Positions 56,220 to 64,000 of a stretch of 64,000 nt of DNA are shown piece by piece. The notes under the pieces are model-generated. The model saw only the letters and a list, made by a program, of their open reading frames with translations, made no database searches and had not been told where the DNA came from. The translations under genes and the position numbers were made by a program. Each line of letters starts with the position of its first letter. Position 1 is the first letter of the stretch. This DNA is from a candidate division WOR-3 bacterium (GTDB lineage: Bacteria > Hydrothermota > Tepidihabitantia > Tepidihabitantales > Tepidihabitantaceae), in the NCBI GenBank assembly GCA_965648935.1, contig CBFGIY010000001.1, forward strand, positions 32,794 through 96,793, given 5' to 3'.

Positions 56220-56376
56220 GATGAGGTATGCCGAGGGGGTGGAGGTGCACTGCGGCGGGCAGGACCCGCCGCAGCCAAATCCCCACTGATGAGGCATGCT
56301 GATGGGGTGGAGGTGCACTGCGGCGGGCAGAACCCGCCGCAGCCAAATCCCCACTGATGATGTATGCCGAGGGGGG
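56220..56376. repeat. 68-bp tandem repeat (2 full copies plus a partial copy overlapping the tRNA-Leu 3' end), each full copy with a 10-bp hairpin
   Basis: Units start at 56220, 56288 and 56356; hairpin CTGCGGCGGG-CAG(G/A)A-CCCGCCGCAG. Confidence 0.92.
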
Positions 56377-56448
56377 GATTTGAACCCCCATGGAGGTGAG
56401 TCCACTAACTCCTGAGGCTAGCGCGTCTGCCATTTCCGCCACCTCGGC
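56365..56448 (-). tRNA. tRNA-Leu(CAG)
   Basis: GCCGAGG acceptor, GGCGGAAATGGCAGACGCG D arm, CTAGC-CTCAGGA-GTTAG, long variable arm, GGTTCAAATCC. Confidence 0.95.
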
Positions 56449-56520
56449 AGTCACGGATTGTCGGGCGCGGTAAGGATAGCCGGCCGGGTCGGTCAGTCAA
56501 GCATACCCGACGAGAACGCC

Positions 56521-56548
56521 GCGGCGGGCAGGTTGCCCTGCCCGCCGC
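56521..56548. terminator. Hairpin downstream of tldE
   Basis: GCGGCGGGCAGG-TTGC-CCTGCCCGCCGC. Confidence 0.65.
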
Positions 56549-56562
56549 GCAGAGATTGCGGT

Positions 56563-57939
56563 CTAGAAGCTGTCGGCCACGTCGTTGATGCGAACCTCGT
56601 CGCAGAGCAGGTACTCGGGCACGCTGATTGCGTTGGGCGAGCGCCGGTCATAGGTGCCGGAAACGTTGACGGGCACGGTTTTCGAACTGACCGCGACGAC
56701 GTGGTTGAGCACGCTCGGTATCTCGTCGGTCACGCGGGTCGAGAACAGGGGCGCGGTCAGCGTTCCCTTCTCGACGCGCATCGCGTTGAACCGCGATGAG
56801 CCGGTGAACATCCCTTTTGTCGGGTCGGGCAGGTGGATGTAGTGCAGGTGCGGGATGAACAGCGCGTCACCCGCGAGCTTGAGCCCGGCCTCGATGCCGG
56901 CCGGCGCGGAACCGGGCAGCATCGCCGCGTCGACCTGGCCGTCGTGGCCGGTGGGCTTGCGGCCGTACTTGGCCGCGGTGACGCTGTCGTACATCACGTT
57001 GCGGAAGATTCCGTTCTCGACGAGCACGAAGCGCGACCGGCGCATGCCGTTGAAGTCGAAGGGCATCCCGAAGCAGTCCGGGTTGGCCGGGTCGTCGACG
57101 ATGGAGATGGCCTCGCCGAAGAGCTTGTCGCCGAACTTGAGATTCGCGGTGAAAGCGCGCTTCTCCTCGAAGCTGCGGCCGAAGAAGCCGCCCCAGACCG
57201 ACAGCATGACCAGTTCGGCCACGGCCTGGCCCGCGAACAGCACGCGCTGGCGGCCGATGGCCGTCTTGTACCCGGGGTTCTTCTCGTAGACCGGCAACCG
57301 GGCGCTGAGTTCTTCGATGATGTCGGCCGCGCTGAAACTGCCGGCCGCTTTCTGGGTGCGCTCGGCCGAGAGCTCCCACTTCCTGTCCTGCTCCTTGAGC
57401 ACGATGACGAGCTTGCCGTCGGTCAGCCGCCGGTACGCTTCGTTGTCGTTGGCGGTGCTGATCACGTACATCTCGGTCGCGCCGGTGGACCAGGACCCGG
57501 AGAAGTCGTACTTGCCGCGCGGCTTGAGTTCCTTGATGACCTCGGCGCAGAGCGCGGTCTTGGCCTCGGGCGAGAGCGCCTCGAGCGCCGGGTCGTAGCC
57601 GGTCGAGTCGTCGACCGTCTCCTGCACGGTGCAGAATATCGGGTCGTAGTCCTTGGGCACCGCCGCGGCGCAGGCGGCCCGCGCCCGCTCGATCGCGTCG
57701 TCGAGCACGGTGCGCGAGGAGATGTCCGCGGTCAGCGAGTAGGAACCGGTGCGGCGGCCGTCGGTCACGCCGACATCGAGCCGGGTGAGCTGTTCGCCGG
57801 TCGAGAGCGCGACCGACGAGTTGCCCAGTCGGATGAGCGAGGACTTCTCGCGGTGGAAGTTGAACTCGGCCTGCACTCCCGCCTTGCGGCAGCGGTCGCG
57901 GGCCTCGAGCAGCAGTTCGCGGATGCGATTGTCGAGCAT
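56563..57939 (-). CDS. TldE/PmbA-family protein
   Basis: ISIVDDP.....PFDFNG......LVENG; no HExxH; follows tldD. Confidence 0.82.
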   Translation of the reverse strand: MLDNRIRELLLEARDRCRKAGVQAEFNFHREKSSLIRLGNSSVALSTGEQLTRLDVGVTDGRRTGSYSLTADISSRTVLDDAIERARAACAAAVPKDYDPIFCTVQETVDDSTGYDPALEALSPEAKTALCAEVIKELKPRGKYDFSGSWSTGATEMYVISTANDNEAYRRLTDGKLVIVLKEQDRKWELSAERTQKAAGSFSAADIIEELSARLPVYEKNPGYKTAIGRQRVLFAGQAVAELVMLSVWGGFFGRSFEEKRAFTANLKFGDKLFGEAISIVDDPANPDCFGMPFDFNGMRRSRFVLVENGIFRNVMYDSVTAAKYGRKPTGHDGQVDAAMLPGSAPAGIEAGLKLAGDALFIPHLHYIHLPDPTKGMFTGSSRFNAMRVEKGTLTAPLFSTRVTDEIPSVLNHVVAVSSKTVPVNVSGTYDRRSPNAISVPEYLLCDEVRINDVADSF

Positions 57940-57942
57940 GGC

Positions 57943-59421
57943 TTACTCCTTCTCCCCGGTTTCGACATTGCGGAAGCGCATCACCGGTATGCCGTGGCCG
58001 AGTTCCATTATCTGGTTGGGCTCGCCCTTGCCGCAGTTGGGCACTTGCTGGAGGCGCCAGGTCGGCTTCGACCCGACCATGTCGAGCGAGTTCCAGAACT
58101 CCAGGGTGTGGCCGTGGTAGGTCGGGTTCTTCCAGACCCCGACGCGCCTGCCGTCTTTCACCTGCCAGGCAATCTCGCAGCCGAAGTGGAAGTGCTCCCG
58201 GTTCGACCCGATGGACCAGGATACCGGTACGTCGACGATGACGCCGTCCCCGGTCGCAGCGGTGATGTCATCGAGCGAGCCCGAGTCGCCGTAGTCGATG
58301 TTAATGTTGGTCATCCGGTCGATGGGCGTGCGGTAGAATGCGCAGGCCCGGGCCGCGGCGCCCGATTCGGTCACGACCGTCCTGCCGGCCTTGGCGTTGG
58401 CCTCGGCGAGGTCGGCGCGCGAGGAGAGCACATTGACGAGGATGCCTTCCTTGATGAGGAAGTACTCGTGCTGGGGCGTGCCCTCGTCGTCGTAGCCGAA
58501 TGTGCCGGGCGAGTTGGGCGTGACCCCGGCGCGGCAGTTGAGCAGCTTCGAGCCGTAGCGCAGCGTGCCGATCATCTCCGGCCGCACGTGCGAGCCGCCC
58601 GCGAACGACAGCTCGTAGCCGAGGATGCGGTCGAGTTCGAGCGCGTGGCCGATGGTCTCGTGCACCTGCAGGAAACCCTGACCGGGCAGGATGATCAGGT
58701 CGCGCCGCGCCGGGGGCATCGGCTCGGCCGCGACAATCTGGCCGAGTTCGAGCTTGATGCGGTCGGCGTTGCCCGCGAAGCAACAGGAGTCGGCCATCCA
58801 CTCCCAGCCGCGCGTGCCGGTGCCGTCGCAGGAAAGGTCGGCACTGCGCCGCTGCATCCGGCCCTGCTTGTCCGGTGCCATCACCATCATCGTGCCGAAG
58901 GTGTTGAGCGCGCGGCGGTCGACCTCGGTGCCCTCGGTGTTGAAGTAGAAGATGTGGCGGCGCTGGAAGTGCGCCTGCACCATTCGGTGTGCGACCGTCG
59001 CGTCCTTGAGCGCGGCGTCGATGCCCATCAGCAGTTCGAGCTTCTCGGCGAGCGGTACTTCGAACGGGTCGCGCTCGACCGGCGGCCGGTACTCGCCTTT
59101 GACCGGTCTGGCTTCGCCCATGGTCTTGGGAAAGCCGGGGAGCCGGGCCGCGGCGCGGGCGTTGGCCAGCGCGCGGTCAAACACGGCCGGAATGGCCTCG
59201 AGCTCGGCCGCAGCGGCGAAGCCCCACGCGCCGTCAAACAGCACGCGCACGCCGATTCCCCGTTCCAGGCCGCCGCTGTTGCCCTCCAGGTTGCCGTCGC
59301 GGATGAAGAGCGACTCGCTGCGGTCCTCGTCGTAGAAGCGGGCATCGGCGAAGCTGCACCCGGCAGCGCTCATCCGCGCCAGCTCCGTACGGATTGCGGA
59401 AGCTGTCTCTTTCTGGGTCAC
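57943..59421 (-). CDS. tldD: TldD-family metallopeptidase
   Basis: GIGVRVL..GAWGFA, VHETIGHALELDR, GYDDEG, PIDRMTN, CGKGEP; AGGAGA RBS before GTG 59421. Confidence 0.9.
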   Translation of the reverse strand: MTQKETASAIRTELARMSAAGCSFADARFYDEDRSESLFIRDGNLEGNSGGLERGIGVRVLFDGAWGFAAAAELEAIPAVFDRALANARAAARLPGFPKTMGEARPVKGEYRPPVERDPFEVPLAEKLELLMGIDAALKDATVAHRMVQAHFQRRHIFYFNTEGTEVDRRALNTFGTMMVMAPDKQGRMQRRSADLSCDGTGTRGWEWMADSCCFAGNADRIKLELGQIVAAEPMPPARRDLIILPGQGFLQVHETIGHALELDRILGYELSFAGGSHVRPEMIGTLRYGSKLLNCRAGVTPNSPGTFGYDDEGTPQHEYFLIKEGILVNVLSSRADLAEANAKAGRTVVTESGAAARACAFYRTPIDRMTNINIDYGDSGSLDDITAATGDGVIVDVPVSWSIGSNREHFHFGCEIAWQVKDGRRVGVWKNPTYHGHTLEFWNSLDMVGSKPTWRLQQVPNCGKGEPNQIMELGHGIPVMRFRNVETGEKE

Positions 59422-59592
59422 GATATCTCCTAAGTAAGTATTGTTGCCTTCTGCGGTGCGGGCGACTCCATTATGCCGGGCCGGGCCGGGAATGCAAGCG
59501 GATGCCGCGGCGGCACGGCCCGGACTCGGACAGGTGTCCGGGCCGGCTTGACATCGGGCCGCGCCCGTGCGTAAGATAGAGCAGAGTTCAGC

Positions 59593-61491
59593 TTGATAAG
59601 CCCCCCGCGCATCGCCGCCCGCATCCTGTTGCCCGCGCTGCTGCTGGCAACCGGGTGCGCCTACTTCAACACCTTCTACAACGCTGAGAAGAACTTCAAG
59701 GAAGGGCTGCGCCTGAAGGACCAGAACCAGCAGGTTCAGTCCAAGGCCAAGTTCGACAAGTCGATCGAGCGGTCGGCCCGGGTCATCCAGCGCTGGCCCC
59801 GCTCGCGCTGGGTCGACGACGCGCTTTTCCTGATCGGCCGCAGCTACTACGAAACCGGCCAGTACGGCAAGGCGATGCGCAGCTTTGACCAGCTGACTCT
59901 GGCCTTTCCCCGTTCCCCGCTCGCGGGCGAGGCGGCGCTGTTCCGGGCCCGCGCCCTGATCGCCGACAAGCGCCAGGCCGAGGGCCTGCTTGCGCTCCAG
60001 GCCGTGCGGGTCGAGTACCCGCGCCTGGCCGACGATGCCACGTTCGCCATCGCCAGGTCGTTCGTCGAGCGCGACGACACCGGCGAGGGTACCGACTCGC
60101 TTGCCGCTTTTCTGGCGCGCTACCCGCGCTCGCCGCACCGCGACGAGGCGCTCAGGCTGCTGGCCGACGCCAGCTTCAAGTCCGGCCGCTATGATGAGGC
60201 GGAGAACTACTATGTCCGCTACGCCCGGGTCGCGCCCGACCCGCGGCGCCGGGCCGAGACCCAGATACAGGTCGCGGCGGCGATGGTCGAGCAGGAGAAA
60301 TGGGAACCCGCGTTGCGTATCCTGCGCGATGTCATCGGCCGCTACCCCCAGCTTGACGATCGCGCCAACCTTCTGCTCGGTCGTGCCCTGGAGGGCGCGG
60401 ACCGCAAGGAGGAAGCGGTCGCGGCCTGGCAGAAGGTCAGAGCCCAGAACGACCTTGGCGCCGAGGCGATGTACCGCATCGGCCGCCACCACGAGCAGAC
60501 CGGGGACATCGCCGCGGCCAAGGCCTGTTTCGACACCGCCCGCACCCGCCGTCCCGAGTCGCGCTACGGCCTGCTCGCGGCGCGGCGCGGCGCGCTGGTT
60601 GAGGCGATTGACGCGTTGCGCACCGGGTCAAAGCCGGCCGATGAAGCGCTGTTCATGCTTGCCGAAGCCCACAACGTCAGCCTCGGCGAGTACGACCGGG
60701 CATTGGAGCTATATGCCCAGGTTGATGATTCGTTTCCGCAGAGCCGGTTTGCGCCCAAGGCCCGGCTGGCCCGCGCCTGGATACTGCGCACGCCCCGGGC
60801 CGATACCGCCGCGGCCGAGCCGCTTCTGCGCAGCCTCATCGCGGAATACCCTGAGACCGACTACGCCGACGAGGCGCGGCGCTGGCTCGGTTTGAGCGTG
60901 CCCAGGCGCGCAAGACCGGCTTCCGCTGAAACGACCGCAGCGCCGGCCGGCACCGGCGCGACAACGCCGCCTGAACCGGAATTCGAACCGACGCCCGAAC
61001 CCCTGCCTCCGGAAGGCGTCACCGGCCGAACCCGGCCTGACGACCGTCGACTGCGCGAGCTGGCTGGCGAGCGCGAACCCGAGCCGGAACCGACGCCGCT
61101 GGCCGAAGCCGAGCCGGTCGCCAAAGACCAGTTGCCGGCGCGGCCCGACTCAGCCGTTCAAGACAGGCTCGAACTGGCCACCGTCTACTTCGACACCGAC
61201 AGCTCGGCGATTCGGCCTGATGCCGCCGAGATACTGCGCCGCAACGCCGCGCAGCTCAAGGACGCCACCGGAGTCCGCATCACGCTTGTCGGCCATTGCG
61301 ACCCGCGCGCCGATGACTCATACAACGACGCGCTCGGTCTGCGCCGCGCCCGTGCGGTGCGCGATTTTCTCGTCGCCGAGGGAGTGGAGCGCGGCCGCAT
61401 CGCGGTGCGCAGCGAGGGCCGGCGCCGCACCGTCTCGTCCGGGCCGGATGAGTACTGGCTTGACCGGAGGGTGGTATTCGAACTGCGCTAG
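59593..61491 (+). CDS. TPR lipoprotein with Pro/Glu linker and C-terminal OmpA/Pal peptidoglycan-binding domain
   Basis: Lipobox LATGC, AYFNTFYNA, TPRs, VYFDTDSS.IR, GHCD.RA...YN..LG.RRA..V. Confidence 0.88.
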   Translation: MISPPRIAARILLPALLLATGCAYFNTFYNAEKNFKEGLRLKDQNQQVQSKAKFDKSIERSARVIQRWPRSRWVDDALFLIGRSYYETGQYGKAMRSFDQLTLAFPRSPLAGEAALFRARALIADKRQAEGLLALQAVRVEYPRLADDATFAIARSFVERDDTGEGTDSLAAFLARYPRSPHRDEALRLLADASFKSGRYDEAENYYVRYARVAPDPRRRAETQIQVAAAMVEQEKWEPALRILRDVIGRYPQLDDRANLLLGRALEGADRKEEAVAAWQKVRAQNDLGAEAMYRIGRHHEQTGDIAAAKACFDTARTRRPESRYGLLAARRGALVEAIDALRTGSKPADEALFMLAEAHNVSLGEYDRALELYAQVDDSFPQSRFAPKARLARAWILRTPRADTAAAEPLLRSLIAEYPETDYADEARRWLGLSVPRRARPASAETTAAPAGTGATTPPEPEFEPTPEPLPPEGVTGRTRPDDRRLRELAGEREPEPEPTPLAEAEPVAKDQLPARPDSAVQDRLELATVYFDTDSSAIRPDAAEILRRNAAQLKDATGVRITLVGHCDPRADDSYNDALGLRRARAVRDFLVAEGVERGRIAVRSEGRRRTVSSGPDEYWLDRRVVFELR

Positions 61492-61508
61492 GCCCGCACC
61501 TCTGCCCG

Positions 61509-62243
61509 GTGGTTGCCCGGCGCGAGTCAGGACCGGGCATCGTTTCGCTCTGGCTCGACGCGCCACGCCTCGCGACGCGCATCCAGCCCGGCCAGTTCGT
61601 CAACGCGCGCGCGGGCGCAGGCCCTGACCCGCTGCTGCGCCGGCCGATTTCGGTCGCCGACGTCACCGGCGAGCGGTTGCTTCTGGTGTTCCGGGTTGCC
61701 GGCCGGGGCACGGCATTGCTCGCGCAGGCGCGGCGCGGCGACAGGCTTGACCTGCTCGGACCGCTGGGCCGGCCCGCGCCCCGGTTCCGCGATCGCGATG
61801 TGATCGTCTGCGGCGGCGGTATCGGCATACCGCCGCTGCTGCATTTCGCGCGGCGCAACCGCGACGCCAACCGCCTGCAGGTGCTGCTCGGGGCTCGGCG
61901 CGCGGCCGAGCTGGTCCTTCTGTCCGAGTTCCGGAAGCTGGGCGTGCCGGTCGCGGTCGCAACCGACGACGGCAGCCGCGGCCGCAAGGGCCCGGTGACC
62001 ACGCTCGCTGAGCAGGCGGCCCGCGCCGCCCGCAGCCCGGTCGTCGTGGCCTGCGGGCCACGGGCGATGCTCGCCGACCTGGTCCGACGCCTCGACCCGA
62101 TCCCGGTATGGGGTTTCATTGAAGAACGGATGGGCTGCGGCACTGGCCTGTGCGCCTGCTGTGCACTGCCCCGGCGCGAGGGCGGTTACGTGCGTTTCTG
62201 CCAGGACGGCCCGGTAGTGCTGCTCAACGAGGTAAGGCTGTGA
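61509..62243 (+). CDS. pyrK: Dihydroorotate dehydrogenase electron transfer subunit
   Basis: PGQFV, LLRRPISV, GGGIGIPP, ATDDGS, EERMGCGTGLCACC, CQDGPV. Confidence 0.92.
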   Translation: MVARRESGPGIVSLWLDAPRLATRIQPGQFVNARAGAGPDPLLRRPISVADVTGERLLLVFRVAGRGTALLAQARRGDRLDLLGPLGRPAPRFRDRDVIVCGGGIGIPPLLHFARRNRDANRLQVLLGARRAAELVLLSEFRKLGVPVAVATDDGSRGRKGPVTTLAEQAARAARSPVVVACGPRAMLADLVRRLDPIPVWGFIEERMGCGTGLCACCALPRREGGYVRFCQDGPVVLLNEVRL

Positions 62244-63145
62244 ATCTCACGGTGCGCGTTGCGGGCCTGGAGTTCGCCAACCCGGTGCTTGCCGCATCGG
62301 GGACTTTCGGATTCGGGCAGGCTTTTCCGGCCGTGGCAGCGCGCGTCGGCGGCATCGTCACCAAGGCGGTCACGCTCGAACCCCGCATCGGCAACCCGCC
62401 GCCGCGCATCTGGGAGTTCCCGGGCGGGGTCATCAATTCGGTCGGGCTGGAGAACCCCGGACTTGAGGCATTTTGCCGCGACATCCTGCCCGGTCTGGGC
62501 GCGCGCCGCAGCCGGCTCCTGGTCAATGTCGCCGGGTCGGCGATCGATGAGTACGCCGAGATAGTGGCCCGGCTTGACCCCGAGCCGGTCGACGGATTCG
62601 AGATCAATGTTTCTTGCCCCAACGTGCGCGAGGGCGGCGCCGCCTTCGGCCAGTCTCCGGCCGCGGTCGAGCGCATCACCCGTGCCTGCCGGGAGCGGAC
62701 CGCGAAGCTGCTGTCGGTGAAGCTCACCGCCAACTTCGTTGACCCGGCCGAGACCGCGCGCGCCGCGGCCAGCGCCGGCGCCGACGCGGTTACTCTCATC
62801 AACACCCTTTTCGGTCTTGCGCTCGGGCCCGACGGCCGGCCGTTTCTCGGCGGCCGCACCGGCGGCATCTCCGGCCCGGCGCTCAAGCACTTCGCGCTCT
62901 ATTGCGTTGACCGTGTCGCGCGCGCGGTGAAGGTGCCGATAATCGGCTCGGGCGGCGTGATGTCCGGGGCGGACGCGGCCGAGTTTCTCTCGGCCGGCGC
63001 GTCGCTGGTCGAAGTCGGCACGGCCAGCCTGGCTGACCCGGCCGCACCGGCCAACGTTGCCGAGGAACTGGCGCAGTGGTGCCGCGCGAACAGAGTGGAG
63101 GATGTCTCGACGATTGTCGGCCGAACACGGGAGACAGAACGATGA
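62240..63145 (+). CDS. pyrD: Dihydroorotate dehydrogenase family 1B catalytic subunit
   Basis: ASGTFG, GNPPPRI, NSVGLENPG, INVSCPN, VKLT, INT, GGISGPALK. Confidence 0.95.
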   Translation: MNLTVRVAGLEFANPVLAASGTFGFGQAFPAVAARVGGIVTKAVTLEPRIGNPPPRIWEFPGGVINSVGLENPGLEAFCRDILPGLGARRSRLLVNVAGSAIDEYAEIVARLDPEPVDGFEINVSCPNVREGGAAFGQSPAAVERITRACRERTAKLLSVKLTANFVDPAETARAAASAGADAVTLINTLFGLALGPDGRPFLGGRTGGISGPALKHFALYCVDRVARAVKVPIIGSGGVMSGADAAEFLSAGASLVEVGTASLADPAAPANVAEELAQWCRANRVEDVSTIVGRTRETER

Positions 63146-63846
63146 CAAAGATAGTCCTGGCACTTAATACCGACACGAGCGCCGAGGCGCTTGGGTTCCT
63201 TGAGCGCGTCGGCGCGGGCGCGGATGTCTACAAGCTTGGGATGGACCTTTTCACGCGCACCGGGCCGGGACTGGTGCGTGAGTTTGCCGGCCGCGGCGCG
63301 TCCGTGTTCCTCGACCTCAAGTTCTCGGACATTCCGTCGGTCGTGGCCAAGGCGGTGAGCGCGGCGGCCGAGCTCGGCGTCGCGATGCTCACTGTGCACA
63401 CGATGGGCGGGCCAAAGATGCTTGAGGCCGCGGCTCAGGCCGCAGAGAAGTCGCAGGCCCGGCCCCTGGTCCTGGGCGTGACGGTGCTGACCAGCCTTGA
63501 CGAGGCCGCGCTGGAGCGGGTCACGGGCCGGCGCCAGCCCGTGCCCGAGCGGGTCGAGGCGCTGGCCCGGATGGCGCGGGACTGCGGTTGCGGCGGGGTC
63601 GTGTCGTCGCCCAACGAGATTGCCGTGATTCGCGCGGCCTGCGGCAGCGCCTTCAAGATTGTCACGCCGGGCATCAGGATGAGCACGGACGCCGCAGATG
63701 ACCAGGCCCGGACAATGACCCCGGCCGAGGCGGCGCGGGCCGGGGCCGACTATGTTGTGGTGGGCCGGCCGGTGTATGCCGCGTCCGACCCGCTGGCCGC
63801 GCTGGAGCGAATCCGCGAGGAGCTCAGACAGGGAGGCGCGCAGTGA
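63142..63846 (+). CDS. pyrF: Orotidine-5'-phosphate decarboxylase
   Basis: KLG, FLDLKFSDIP, VTVLTS, VTPGIR, DDQAR, VVGRP. Confidence 0.95.
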   Translation: MTKIVLALNTDTSAEALGFLERVGAGADVYKLGMDLFTRTGPGLVREFAGRGASVFLDLKFSDIPSVVAKAVSAAAELGVAMLTVHTMGGPKMLEAAAQAAEKSQARPLVLGVTVLTSLDEAALERVTGRRQPVPERVEALARMARDCGCGGVVSSPNEIAVIRAACGSAFKIVTPGIRMSTDAADDQARTMTPAEAARAGADYVVVGRPVYAASDPLAALERIREELRQGGAQ

Positions 63847-64000
63847 ATTCTGACCTTGGCGCGATGATGAAGCGGCACGGTGTGCTGCGCGAGGGCCACT
63901 TCCTCTTGACCTCGGGCCGGCACTCGGACCGCTACTTCGAGAAGTTCCGTATCCTCGAACAGCCGCCTGTGTGCGAGGCTTTTGCCCGGGCGGTCGCCGA
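63843..64000 (+). CDS. pyrE: Orotate phosphoribosyltransferase, 5' part (runs off window)
   Basis: VLREGHFLLTSGRHSDRYFEK directly after pyrF, GTGA overlap. Confidence 0.9.
   Translation, partial: MNSDLGAMMKRHGVLREGHFLLTSGRHSDRYFEKFRILEQPPVCEAFARAVA

Noticed and set aside
56220..56376. CRISPR array or hammerhead ribozyme (CTGATGA present)
   Set aside because: The units are contiguous with no unique spacers, and no cas genes are in the window. The hammerhead GAAA core and a viable stem II are missing.
10326..59433. Long antisense or alternate-frame ORFs (e.g. 10326-12113, 18401-20311, 45363-47030, 51163-52806, 56833-59433)
   Set aside because: They are shadows of real high-GC genes on the opposite strand, with Arg/Pro/Ala-rich or motif-free translations.
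59425..59450. Fourth copy of the TACTTA motif (minus strand)
   Set aside because: It lacks the AA at positions 17-18 and the 5' TAW; it is simply the AT-rich stretch before the tldD RBS.
57943..60492. 849-aa TldD with a long N-terminal extension
   Set aside because: The extension is antisense to the TPR-OmpA gene; the RBS and the homology start at GTG 59421.

Overview
High-GC bacterial chromosomal window from a probable anaerobic diderm. Many secreted proteins carry a C-terminal Ig-like sorting-type domain. Gene style suggests candidate phylum WOR-3 or a relative, which is an unverified inference. Ordinary content: a uvsE/ABC exporter/B12-binding/GT2/plsY-like operon, [FeFe]-hydrogenase maturases (TM1266-hydG-aspA-hydF-hydE), an SPT-like enzyme plus acyl-CoA ligase, rubrerythrin, an NtrC-type two-component pair, ispE-tRNA-Gln-prs-rplY-pth-ychF-rpsF-ssb, porin-pstSCAB-phoU-phoBR, rnpB, an ABC-F, tldD/tldE, pyrK-D-F-E and three tRNAs. 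Three things stand out. (1) A candidate new DNA-packaging system. A 123-aa gene (29490-29861) resembles the SIRV2-fold major capsid protein of archaeal filamentous viruses (Adnaviria), and an XRE-HTH protein (259-981) carries a similar C-terminal domain. Upstream of both genes lie a shared 25-nt AT-rich motif and a ~280-bp non-repetitive tract with 12-bp phasing; at 30001-30276, 23 of 23 consecutive 12-mers start with C. Twelve bp is the DNA footprint of a SIRV2 capsid dimer. (2) A ~310-nt OLE-RNA-like ncRNA (53618-53929, minus) lies divergent from rnpB. It is about half the canonical length and has no adjacent oapA. (3) A secreted BNR beta-propeller gene (1445-3661) reads through an in-frame TGA followed by a SECIS-like hairpin, making it a candidate selenoprotein. 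All family calls come from reading motifs by eye; no searches were run.
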